Of a stretch of DNA of 64,000 bases, positions 23,668 to 32,109 are shown in pieces. Source of the DNA: Polyangiaceae bacterium (lineage in GTDB: Bacteria > Myxococcota_A > Polyangia > Polyangiales > Polyangiaceae); the NCBI GenBank assembly GCA_044222475.1, contig JBGANF010000026.1:11776-75775 (forward strand), given 5' to 3'. A program made the position numbers and the translations under genes. The notes under the pieces were generated by a model, which was not told where the DNA came from, did not search any database, and saw only the letters and a list, made by a program, of their open reading frames with translations. Position 1 is the first letter of the stretch; each line of letters opens with the position of its first letter.

Positions 23668-24841
23668 AGAGCTGGGCGAAGCGGCCACTGCGGAACGCCG
23701 CCTCGAGAAGCTGGTCCACACGCCGAACGAGCTCCGGCGCGCGCTGGTCGCTGCTGGCGCCCAGCGCCGCCTTGATCTCGTTGAGCGCCTTCAGCTGACT
23801 GAAGAGCTGCACGTCTCCGAGGCCGCTCGCGCCGGTGAGCACCTGGCGAACGCGGTCGATCTCGGCCGCGAGCGCCTCGATCCCGATTCCCAATGCACCC
23901 ACGCGACGCGCGTTGGGGTGATCACGGAAGTGCGCCTCGAGCACCGGCGCCACGATCGCCTCGAGGATGGCCGCCTGGTCCTCGTTGTTCCAGATGTGCT
24001 TCAGCACGAAGAAGTCGCTCGCGTCGGGCTGCTGTCGGCCGTCGATGTACGCGCTCGCGGCGAAGAGCTTCAACAGCTTGACGACGCGCCGATCCGAGAG
24101 GCTCACGCCCTCGGCGCGGATCTGGAAGACGAGCCCCTTGTACTGGGAGAAAAACTCCTCCGAAAAGCGCATCCGCTGCCCGAACCCGCGGTGCAGCTCG
24201 CCGAACTCGCGCGCCGCGGCGAGCGGCTGGATCGGCTGCTGGAGGACGCCCTGCACCTCGTTCGCGAGGCCCTTCTGGAGAAGATCCTGGAAGTGGTACG
24301 CGTCGAGGTTGTCGCTGCGGATGCGGAGCAGGAACCGGTCGAAGATGGCGGTGAGCGTCTCGTCCGAAGGGACCTCGTTGCTGGCGCCGAAGCACGAGAT
24401 GAGCGGGCACCGCATGACCTGACCGCCGCTCGTGTACATGCGCTCGTTCAGGAGCGTGAGGAGCGCGTTCAGGATCGCCGAGTTCGACTTGAAGACCTCG
24501 TCGAGGAAGACGACCTCGGACTCGGGGAGCATCGCCTCGGTTCGGCGGATGTACTTGCCCTCGCGGAACGCGGCGATGTCGACCGGCCCGAAGATCTCGT
24601 TCGGCTCCGTGAAGCGCGTGAGGAGGTACTCGAAGTACTTCGCCTGGATGAGCTTCGAGAACGTGCGGATGAGCGCCGACTTCGCGGTACCCGGCGGCCC
24701 GATCAGGACGGCGTGCTCGCCGGCAACGACCGCGATCAAGAGGAGCCGAATGACCTCCTCCTTGCCGAGGAAGCGGCTTTCGAGGTTCTGCGCGATCAGT
24801 CCGAGCCGGTTGGTGAGCGGGAGCGCCTGCTGCTGAGTCAT
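23666..24841 (-). CDS. MoxR/RavA-type AAA+ ATPase
   Basis: GPPGTAKS, YFEYLLTRFTEPNEIFGP, VFLDEVFKSNSAILNALLTLLNER, ASNE, FDRF, SDRR. Confidence 0.9.
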   Translation of the reverse strand: MTQQQALPLTNRLGLIAQNLESRFLGKEEVIRLLLIAVVAGEHAVLIGPPGTAKSALIRTFSKLIQAKYFEYLLTRFTEPNEIFGPVDIAAFREGKYIRRTEAMLPESEVVFLDEVFKSNSAILNALLTLLNERMYTSGGQVMRCPLISCFGASNEVPSDETLTAIFDRFLLRIRSDNLDAYHFQDLLQKGLANEVQGVLQQPIQPLAAAREFGELHRGFGQRMRFSEEFFSQYKGLVFQIRAEGVSLSDRRVVKLLKLFAASAYIDGRQQPDASDFFVLKHIWNNEDQAAILEAIVAPVLEAHFRDHPNARRVGALGIGIEALAAEIDRVRQVLTGASGLGDVQLFSQLKALNEIKAALGASSDQRAPELVRRVDQLLEAAFRSGRFAQL

Positions 24842-25539
24842 GAGCCGCGCGAGGCTACCACGGATCGATAGAGGGCCGCCGGCTTCGAGCCGGTGCGTCG
24901 CTTCCCGCTGGCCTCCGCGACCGCGCCGTCTTCGAGCATGCGGTGAAACCGGCGGCGGAAATTCCCCGGGTCGACCGCGGCGCCGCTGATCGCGCTCCAG
25001 GTCGCGCGGAGCTCGGGGATCGTGAAGGGCTGGGGCGCCAGGTGAAACCCGATGGCGCTCCGATCGAGGTCCCTTACGATGCGCGCGTGCGCGGCTCGCG
25101 CGATCTCGCCGTGGTCGAAGGCGAGCTTCGGGAGCGAGAGGAACGGAACCCAGAGCGCCGCCGCAGCGTCACCGCCGCCGCGAACCTTGCCGACGAGATC
25201 GGGACGCACGAGGGCGTAGTACGCGATCGAGATCACGCGCATGCGCGGATCGCGCCCCGCACGACCGAACGCGCCGAGCTGCTCGAGGAACACGTCGCGC
25301 GAGTGCAACCCCGTCTCTTCCTCGAGCTCGCGCCGCGCGGCGGCGTCGAGGTCTTCGCCTTGGTCGCGTGGGCTCGGGCCGTCGCCGAGGACCCGCAGGA
25401 AGCCACCGGGAAGCGCGAGCTCGCCGAGGAACGGCGCCTCTCCGCGGCGCACGACGAGCAGACGGAGCTCGCCGGAGACGACCGTGAGGACGACGATGTC
25501 GACGGCGACCGCGGGCCGAGGATGGTCCTGAAGCCTCAT
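24838..25539 (-). CDS. nrtR: NrtR-family regulator (Nudix + wHTH)
   Basis: ALPGGF, AARRELEEETG, RDPRMRVISIAY, LAFDH, FTIPEL...NFRR...KPAALY. Confidence 0.88.
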   Translation of the reverse strand: MRLQDHPRPAVAVDIVVLTVVSGELRLLVVRRGEAPFLGELALPGGFLRVLGDGPSPRDQGEDLDAAARRELEEETGLHSRDVFLEQLGAFGRAGRDPRMRVISIAYYALVRPDLVGKVRGGGDAAAALWVPFLSLPKLAFDHGEIARAAHARIVRDLDRSAIGFHLAPQPFTIPELRATWSAISGAAVDPGNFRRRFHRMLEDGAVAEASGKRRTGSKPAALYRSVVASRGS

Positions 25540-25546
25540 CGGCTCG

Positions 25547-26512
25547 TCACCAGGGGTCGTTCGTCGTGACCACGTTCATCCCGAAGGTCGCGAGCTCCTC
25601 GAACGCGCGCTCGGCGACCGCAGGGAAGTCGAGCTCGGGCGGGAGCGGATCGAGGTCGGGCGGGGACACCGACGACATCGCGTCCCGCAGGACGTAGATG
25701 CGCCGCGCGAGCGCGCGATCGGTCCTCTCGATCCGAGCGCGAAGGTCGAGCAACGTCGAAAGGACGCAGTGCGACTTCGCCTGACCGAAGACGTAGACCC
25801 GGTCGTGCGACATGAGCGTCTCGAAGAGGCGCTCGTCGAAGCTGCCGACGCGCATGCCCGACACCTCCTCGACCTCGGGCGAGAGCACCGAGTAGTTCTC
25901 GGTCCAGCGGTGCTCGCCCTTCATCGCGAACACCGTCGCGGTCTGGCGCGCGGTCGCGTGGAAGATGGAATACTCCATGAGCTGCGGGACGAGCGCGTGC
26001 GACAACCCACCGAGCAGCGCGTGGAACGGCCACACCGTGAGCACGTACTTGCCGGTCTTCTCGAGCCGCGTGACGTAGTCGAGCGCGGCCTCTTCGTCGA
26101 TCTCCTGCGCCGCCTGCCACGTGCCGTCTCGCACGTCTTCGGCGGTGATCACCGAGTACGGCTCCGGCGGTCGTCCCTGACGGTCGCGCCAGAACGCCGG
26201 GTGGAAGATCTGGTGGACGCGGTGCGTGTCGAGCGAGAACACCAGCGTCGTGATCTTGTCGACGTTCCGGTAGAGGAAGCTCAGCGTGCGCTCGGTGTCG
26301 GCGACTGCGCCGGGCACGAACAGGCTGCCCTGCGGGAGCGCGAACGCGATCTGCACGTCGATCCCGAACGCGCAGACCCGCGTCTGGTCCTCGGAGGCCG
26401 GACCGACGTTCCACTTCTTCGCCCACACGAGCGCCTCCTCGGCGGCGATGCCCGCGCGCTCGACGTAGAGCGCGCCGACCGGTCTGTCGAATGCGAACGC
26501 GGGAACCTCCAT
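25547..26512 (-). CDS. pncA: Nicotinamidase / isochorismatase-family cysteine hydrolase
   Basis: IDVQ, SLDTH...FH, WPFH, KG, GQAKSHCV; start overlaps pncB stop; operon context. Confidence 0.8.
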   Translation of the reverse strand: MEVPAFAFDRPVGALYVERAGIAAEEALVWAKKWNVGPASEDQTRVCAFGIDVQIAFALPQGSLFVPGAVADTERTLSFLYRNVDKITTLVFSLDTHRVHQIFHPAFWRDRQGRPPEPYSVITAEDVRDGTWQAAQEIDEEAALDYVTRLEKTGKYVLTVWPFHALLGGLSHALVPQLMEYSIFHATARQTATVFAMKGEHRWTENYSVLSPEVEEVSGMRVGSFDERLFETLMSHDRVYVFGQAKSHCVLSTLLDLRARIERTDRALARRIYVLRDAMSSVSPPDLDPLPPELDFPAVAERAFEELATFGMNVVTTNDPW

Positions 26513-27960
26513 CACGACACCTCCTGCGAGCGCCGGATGTCCGGCACGATTTCGTTTCGCCTCGCTTCGCAGCGGGCCACCAACTCGGACGAGGCCGCGC
26601 TCAGCGCCACCCGCTCGTCCTTCGGGCGCTCTTTGGCGGCGGTCGCGGCGGTGCCGACGGCGCCCGACGCGAGCTCGTACCCCTCGGGGATGGGCTCGCC
26701 GCGTTGGCCGATGATCCCTCCCGGACCTTCGCCGCGAAGGCGCCGGAGGACCACCGGGTGACCGGGGACGCTGCGCTTCGACCCGTCGTCCGAGAACTTC
26801 ATCACCGGCGACGTACCAGATTGGGACAGCTTGTAGACCGCCGCGACGCGATCGCGCGTCAGCGTGCCGCGGCTGACCAGGTGCCCGCCGTAGCCGTAGA
26901 AGACCCGCTCGGGCGAGAGCCCGAGCTCCTTGCGCACCTTCTCGAACCGCTCGGTGAGGGGGAGGTCGAACCCGTCTTCGAGGATGTGGACGGGGTCGAG
27001 CCCGACCTCGCGCGCCCGCGCGACCGCCGTGCGGAGTTGGAGCTCCTTGTCGCCCGAGTCGTAGCGGATCGAGTCGCCGGCGCCGGGGTCGTCGGCCATC
27101 ACGCGCAGCGCCGCCGGGAGGCCCGACCGAAGCGTGTCGAACGTGTCGAGCAGGAAGCTCGAGCGCTGCGGCCGCCGCTCCTTCATCGCGCGGTACGCCG
27201 CCTCGTCGCTGCCGAAGCGCTGCACGTGCTCGTGCCCCATCGTGCCCACCGCGATCATCCCGAGGTCTCCCGCGAGGCCCACGTGGCTCGTCCGGCGCAC
27301 GCCCGCCTCTCGGCAACCTTCGAGCGCGAGGCGGTGCTGGTCCACGCACGTCGCCGCGCGAAGCCCGACCTCGAAGACGCGATCGCCGCTGCCCAGCGCC
27401 GCGACCAACGCAGCGGCGCGCGTGCGCGCCGCGTCGCGGTATTCGCCGGCGCGCACATCCATCGGCGGCGCGGGCTCGTCGATCGAGTCGAGCACCTCGC
27501 GGACGATCTCCGCCTCGCGCTCGCAGCTCACCGTGCGCACCGCCGCCGAGAGCGCTGCGCGATCGGTCAGCGCGAGCGTCGCCACCTGGCTGCGGAAGCT
27601 CCACATGAGGAGCTGCGGCTCCAGCCACGACACCAGCGCCGACGGCCCGGTGATCGAGAACACCGGCTCACCCGGCAGAAACCACGCCCACGCGGGGATG
27701 CTCGTCACCGTGAGCTGGCTCGCACCGCCGTCCATCGCCGCGCGGAACCCTTCGCCCATCGGGTAGCCGAGCCGCGCGAGCGCTTCGTACTGCCGCTCTC
27801 CTTCGCCCGGCACGAGCGCGCGGACCGCGCGCTCGGTGTCGATCGGCCAGACCTGCGGTCCGCCGCGCCGGTGCGTGTAGTAGAACGTCTCGCGGCGGAG
27901 CGGATACCCGGCCTCCGCCATGCTGAGCTTGTAGCCGTCCGTCGTCAGGATTGAGCTCAT
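26512..27960 (-). CDS. pncB: Nicotinate phosphoribosyltransferase-family protein
   Basis: TDGYKLSM, FEVGLR, TSHV, GTMGHEH, LLDTFD, IRYDSGD, AVYKL, KRSVPG. Confidence 0.85.
   Translation of the reverse strand: MSSILTTDGYKLSMAEAGYPLRRETFYYTHRRGGPQVWPIDTERAVRALVPGEGERQYEALARLGYPMGEGFRAAMDGGASQLTVTSIPAWAWFLPGEPVFSITGPSALVSWLEPQLLMWSFRSQVATLALTDRAALSAAVRTVSCEREAEIVREVLDSIDEPAPPMDVRAGEYRDAARTRAAALVAALGSGDRVFEVGLRAATCVDQHRLALEGCREAGVRRTSHVGLAGDLGMIAVGTMGHEHVQRFGSDEAAYRAMKERRPQRSSFLLDTFDTLRSGLPAALRVMADDPGAGDSIRYDSGDKELQLRTAVARAREVGLDPVHILEDGFDLPLTERFEKVRKELGLSPERVFYGYGGHLVSRGTLTRDRVAAVYKLSQSGTSPVMKFSDDGSKRSVPGHPVVLRRLRGEGPGGIIGQRGEPIPEGYELASGAVGTAATAAKERPKDERVALSAASSELVARCEARRNEIVPDIRRSQEVS
26813..26827. 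repeat. Dispersed palindrome GTMCC-N5-GGKAC, copy 8
   Basis: GTACC AGATT GGGAC inside pncB. Confidence 0.8.
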
Positions 27961-27982
27961 CTACCTCGAAGGTGCATCCTAG

Positions 27983-28007
27983 AGAAAGAGTCGTCAAGAC
28001 TCTTTCT
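27983..28007. promoter_or_regulatory. Candidate NrtR operator
   Basis: Perfect inverted repeat AGAAAGAGTC-GTCAA-GACTCTTTCT with the GT-N7-AC core typical of NrtR sites, 22 nt upstream of pncB. Confidence 0.75.
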
Positions 28008-28047
28008 GGCGCCTCGCAATCCAGCGCGTCTCCCCTTATACAGAAGC

Positions 28048-28302
28048 ATGGCGAACCGAGCGCAATCGACGCGTCTGAGCATCGTTCGCCAGGCGCTCCA
28101 AGACATCGTCGAGCGCCTGTCGGAGCTTCCGCTGACCCAGGAGGTCCGCGAGCTCCGCATCCAGGCCGCTGCGTACACGCGCCTCGTCCGCAGCTGGGAC
28201 GTCACGCCGCCCTCCGAGGAGACCCGCGGCGACATGATGAAGAAGGTCATCGACCTCAACGTGAAGGTCATCGCCTTGAACCGGGAGAAGCCGGCGCCGT
28301 GA
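28048..28302 (+). CDS. Small helical hypothetical protein
   Basis: 84 aa, strong GC3 bias; stop overlaps Rieske gene start (GTGA). Confidence 0.7.
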   Translation: MANRAQSTRLSIVRQALQDIVERLSELPLTQEVRELRIQAAAYTRLVRSWDVTPPSEETRGDMMKKVIDLNVKVIALNREKPAP

Positions 28303-29336
28303 CCCGGGTTCCGCTCATCGAGCGCTCCCCGTTGTCGCGGTTCTTCCACCCCGTGCTCCCCGCACGGAAGCTCCGCCGCGCGCCGGTCCGCGTCGAGGTC
28401 GCCGGACGAGCGTACGCGCTGTGGCGCGACGACCGCGGCATCGCGCGCGGCGTGCACGATCGCTGCCCGCATCGATTCGCTCCGCTGTCGAAGGGGCGCG
28501 TGCGGCCCGATGGCCGGCTCGCCTGCCCGTACCACGGGTGGAGCTTCGACGGCGAAGGGCGCGGCACGAGCCCGTCGCAGCCGGAGCTCACCAAGTGCGA
28601 CGCGTCGGCGATCGACGTCGTCGAGCGCGACACCTACCTCTGGATCGCGGAGCGCGGCGCTCAGCCGATGCGCCCGTTCGACACCGAGGGCTACCGTTTC
28701 TGCGGCGCGTTCGCGGTGCACTTCGACGCGCCGCTGCACGTCGCGTTCGACAACTTCTCGGAGGACGAGCACACGCCGTTCGTCCACACGCGGCTCGGCT
28801 GGGAAGAGCGCGACGCCGGCCGCCTCGGGTTTCACGCCGAGAACCACCCCGATCGCACGGAGGTCCACTACCACGGCCCCCAGCGCCCCTCGCAGGTCGC
28901 GCGCTTGTTCGGCATCCGCCCCGGCGACGAGTTCCACAACGACTGGGTCACGCGCTTCGATCCGGTGCACACCGTCTACACGACGCAGTGGCGCGATCCG
29001 AAGTCGGGCGCAGTGCGTCCGATGTCGATCCGCAGCCCGATCTACTTCGTCCCCGAGACGGACGAGACGACGTGGCTGCACACGTTCGTGTTCGCGCGCT
29101 TCACCGACCGGCGGCTCGAGCGATTCTTTCCGATCCTTCGCCACGTCACGACGGCGGTCGCGTGGGGCGAGGTCCGAGACGACGCGCGCTTCATCCCGAC
29201 CGTCAAGGAGACGCCGCGCGAGCTCGGCGGCATGCGCCTCGGAAAGTACGACAAGCCCATCATCCACAATCACCGGCTGCTGGCGCGCATCTACTGGGGC
29301 GCGGCCGAGACGGCGGGCACGTCGGTCGACGCCTGA
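28299..29336 (+). CDS. Rieske non-haem iron oxygenase alpha subunit (VanA-like)
   Basis: DRCPHRFAPLS and CPYHGWSF Rieske motifs; DNFSEDEHTPFVH iron site. Confidence 0.88.
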   Translation: MTRVPLIERSPLSRFFHPVLPARKLRRAPVRVEVAGRAYALWRDDRGIARGVHDRCPHRFAPLSKGRVRPDGRLACPYHGWSFDGEGRGTSPSQPELTKCDASAIDVVERDTYLWIAERGAQPMRPFDTEGYRFCGAFAVHFDAPLHVAFDNFSEDEHTPFVHTRLGWEERDAGRLGFHAENHPDRTEVHYHGPQRPSQVARLFGIRPGDEFHNDWVTRFDPVHTVYTTQWRDPKSGAVRPMSIRSPIYFVPETDETTWLHTFVFARFTDRRLERFFPILRHVTTAVAWGEVRDDARFIPTVKETPRELGGMRLGKYDKPIIHNHRLLARIYWGAAETAGTSVDA

Positions 29337-29403
29337 CCCCGTCCCCGTCCCCCCTCCCGTCGCCGTCCCTTGTGGGCGGCCAGGTCGGGGCGCTCCTCCA
29401 GGA

Positions 29404-29425
29404 GACGTCTGCCGGCTAACAATTC
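29404..29425 (-). repeat. Dispersed motif copy GAATTGTTAGCCGGCAGACGTC (intergenic)
   Basis: Exact 22-nt reverse complement of 9452-9473. Confidence 0.75.
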
Positions 29426-29566
29426 TTGGATGGGGGTCCCGGGATCTGGATCAAAGGTTCCCCGTCATGGCCGGCGGCGGATCGGGGTCGAGCCGGTATT
29501 CGTCAATGATTTCAACGAGCGGATACTGGCATGAGACGTGCTCTACTGTCGGTCGAGGTACGACAA

Positions 29567-30061
29567 ATGAGCACCACGGCACCGACCCATCGCTCCTGGC
29601 TCAAGCAACTCGCCTCCCAATGCGAGGCGGCGTGGCAGACCGCCGTGCTCCCCTCGGCCGAAGAGGGCCGCCGGCGCATCGAGACGCGGCGCACCGTCTA
29701 CGAGCTGTTCGACGGCGAGTGCGTCGAGGTCGTTCGCCGCGACGACGGCGCCGACGTGCCGGGCATGCAGGGCATGCGACTCGTCGGTTGGTACTACGAC
29801 CTCGATGGCACCCCGCACATGGCCAAGATTTGGCGGCCAGGCGCGCGCGCGATCCTGTGGCGACCGCGCCGCAACGGCGAGCCCGAGTCGGTGATCGCGC
29901 TCACGTCACCCACGTTCGGCTTCGTCTGCGTCGGACGCACCCACGACGAGATGACGACGCGCCCGCGCATCGACGACACGCCCGTTTCGCACGTGCGCCC
30001 GGTCGTCGTCGCGCGAACTCCGCCCGCGCAATCGATGGCGCGCGTGCACACTGGGTTCTGA
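29567..30061 (+). CDS. Hypothetical protein
   Basis: GAGGT Shine-Dalgarno upstream of ATG; good codon bias (IETRRTVYELFDGECVEV). Confidence 0.7.
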   Translation: MSTTAPTHRSWLKQLASQCEAAWQTAVLPSAEEGRRRIETRRTVYELFDGECVEVVRRDDGADVPGMQGMRLVGWYYDLDGTPHMAKIWRPGARAILWRPRRNGEPESVIALTSPTFGFVCVGRTHDEMTTRPRIDDTPVSHVRPVVVARTPPAQSMARVHTGF

Positions 30062-30073
30062 AAAAGGATCCTG

Positions 30074-30115
30074 AAAAAAAGAAAACGGCGCCGCCCGTCT
30101 TTCACGGGGGCGCCG
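30074..30115 (-). terminator. Rho-independent terminator of the TM2 gene (between convergent genes)
   Basis: Hairpin CGGCGCCGCCCGT-CTTTC-ACGGGGGCGCCG followed on the minus strand by TTTTCTTTTTTT. Confidence 0.7.
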
Positions 30116-30159
30116 CCTCTTCGGCGCGAGCGCTTTTTGGGCGCGTCGTGGAACGCTGC

Positions 30160-30378
30160 TCAGTTCTTGAGGAGCGGCCGACCCTGCGCGTCGGTGAACT
30201 TGCCGGTCAGGATCATGATCAGGTCGATCAGGGTCCAGATCCCGCAGCCGCCGAGCGTGAGGAGCTGCGCAACGCCGCTGCCGATCTTGCCGACGTAAAA
30301 GCGGTGCACTCCGAGCGTCCCTGCGAAAAGGCAGAGGAGGAGGGTCGTCATCCAGGGCTTCTGCTCACCGTTGCTCAT
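30160..30378 (-). CDS. TM2 domain-containing small membrane protein
   Basis: [23 protein letters not shown]...[24 protein letters not shown]. Confidence 0.9.
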   Translation of the reverse strand: MSNGEQKPWMTTLLLCLFAGTLGVHRFYVGKIGSGVAQLLTLGGCGIWTLIDLIMILTGKFTDAQGRPLLKN

Positions 30379-30478
30379 GTTGTCCAATCTCCGAGGGCGG
30401 TTGAAGGCGTCGTACGTTTGCGCGGTCTTTTTCTCCCCGCGGCGGGGTACCCTACCAGAACGCCCCGTAGTTCGGTCC

Positions 30479-30889
30479 ATGAACGTTTTCTTGTTCAAGC
30501 TGCGCCCCCCATCGCCCCCGGCCCTCGCGATCGTGCTGGTCGTCGCCGCGGCGTGCGCCGGCCGGCAAACCCAACCACCACGCGTATTTGGGCCGATGCG
30601 GGGGGAGGCCTCGCCCAGCGTCGACGACCCCAACAGCGACCCCTCCGACGGCGACGACGTCTGCACGACCGACACCGACTGCGTCATGACCAACTTCACC
30701 GACTGCTGCGCGTGCTGCGAATGCACGAAGCCCCCCTATGCGATCCTGCACAAGAAGCTGCACGAGCTGGAGGCGCGCTGCGCCGACACCGACTGCGCCC
30801 TCGACGGGTGCAACACCAAACGGTGCCCGCCGTGTACGCCTCCCTCGACAAAGGCCGTCTGTGACGAAGGCAGCTGCGTCGAGCGCTGA
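30479..30889 (+). CDS. Cysteine-rich lipoprotein
   Basis: VVAAAC lipobox; [23 protein letters not shown]. Confidence 0.65.
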   Translation: MNVFLFKLRPPSPPALAIVLVVAAACAGRQTQPPRVFGPMRGEASPSVDDPNSDPSDGDDVCTTDTDCVMTNFTDCCACCECTKPPYAILHKKLHELEARCADTDCALDGCNTKRCPPCTPPSTKAVCDEGSCVER

Positions 30890-30909
30890 TCGGCGGTAGG
30901 TGAGACGCG

Positions 30910-30990
30910 GGCCCCTTGGCGGAATGGCATACGCAGCGGATTTAAAATCTGCGGTCGCAAGACGTCTGGGTTCGAGTCCCAGAGGGGCCA
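30910..30990 (+). tRNA. tRNA-Leu (TAA), CCA not encoded
   Basis: Acceptor GGCCCCT/AGGGGCC, anticodon arm GCGGA-TTTAAAA-TCTGC, variable arm, T arm CTGGGTTCGAGTCCCAG. Confidence 0.95.
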
Positions 30991-31055
30991 CTCCACTCCA
31001 CTCCACTCCACTCCACTCCACTCCACTCCACTCCACTCCACTCGACTCCACTCCA
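30991..31055 (+). repeat. Pentanucleotide microsatellite (CTCCA)13 abutting tRNA 3' end
   Basis: 10 perfect units, one CTCGA variant, then 2 further units. Confidence 0.95.
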
Positions 31056-31101
31056 CGAAGATGAAAAGACGAATGCGGAGGAATGTGGAGCGGGATCGGG
31101 A

Positions 31102-32106
31102 ATGGGAATGAGGACGGTCGTCGTCGCGCTCGTTGCCCTCGTCGTGGCTTGCGCGAAAACCAAGAGCGGCGGCGGTGACGCGGGGGACGACGCTGCGGCG
31201 GTGGTGGTCCACGCGGAGGACGCTGGGCCGGGGCCGACCTCCGTCGCGCATCCTCCAGCCGGCGCGGCCGTGTGGTCCCGCGTCGCGCGATTTGCCGACG
31301 ACCCGGTGCTCGCGAAGCAGCTCGCCGTGCTGCTTCCGCACTTCGGCGCCGACGGAGGCGCGAAGGGCTTCGACGTACAGCGGATCGACCTGGTGGGCAC
31401 TCGACAGGCGACTCTCGTCGCCGAAGCCGGCGGCGCGAATCCCATGGTGCTCGTCACCGAGGGCGACGCGCTCCTGTGGACCAAGGACCGACCGGTCGCG
31501 GGCATCGTTCCTCCGGTCGAGCACGTCACGATCTCCGCTCACGCCGCGCTCGGCGTCGCGCTGTTCGCGTGGGATCCGCCCACCAAGATCGTGATCGGTC
31601 GCGTGTGGGCCGACGATTCGAACGCGTTCGGCGACTTCGAGATGCTCCACGTCGACGCCTGCGACGACGTCGTCGCCGGGTACGTCCCCGATCAGGGCAT
31701 CTACGTCGTCGCCGCCACGCCCGGCGGGCCGATGCTCCAGGTCATGAACGAGAACAACGTCCTCCAGCGCGGTCGAAACGGCACGATCCTCGGCGCTCCG
31801 TTTCGTGCTCCCGCGCCGCTCTCGCTCGTCGTCGGCGAAGACGGCTCTATGTTCCTGGCGCGTTGGGCCAACGCCAGCGCGAAGACGAGCGATCTGCTCG
31901 AGGTCACGCGGTACCAAAAAGGTAAAGCCACGTGGCCGGCGCCGGTGACGATCGAGGTCCCGCGCGCCTCGGCTCCGGTCGAGCGAATCGCGATGAAGCG
32001 CCTCGGCGACGGCATCCGGATCGAGCTCGCTCACGGCGCCGTCGCGAGCCGCGCGGTCGCGGTCTCGGTCGACGCGACGGCCGCGGTCACCCGGCTCGAG
32101 AAGTGA
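31102..32106 (+). CDS. Hypothetical beta-rich lipoprotein
   Basis: MRTVVVALVALVVAC lipobox. Confidence 0.7.
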   Translation: MGMRTVVVALVALVVACAKTKSGGGDAGDDAAAVVVHAEDAGPGPTSVAHPPAGAAVWSRVARFADDPVLAKQLAVLLPHFGADGGAKGFDVQRIDLVGTRQATLVAEAGGANPMVLVTEGDALLWTKDRPVAGIVPPVEHVTISAHAALGVALFAWDPPTKIVIGRVWADDSNAFGDFEMLHVDACDDVVAGYVPDQGIYVVAATPGGPMLQVMNENNVLQRGRNGTILGAPFRAPAPLSLVVGEDGSMFLARWANASAKTSDLLEVTRYQKGKATWPAPVTIEVPRASAPVERIAMKRLGDGIRIELAHGAVASRAVAVSVDATAAVTRLEK

Positions 32107-32109
32107 CCG

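Noticed and set aside
23666..27960. Phage-type NAD reconstitution (NARP) or known defence island
   Set aside because: No prophage context, no NMN adenylyltransferase or PRPP synthetase; fits an NrtR-regulated host salvage operon.
30452..31529. ORFs with (SGVEW)n repeats
   Set aside because: Antisense translation of the CTCCA tract; they overlap the tRNA.
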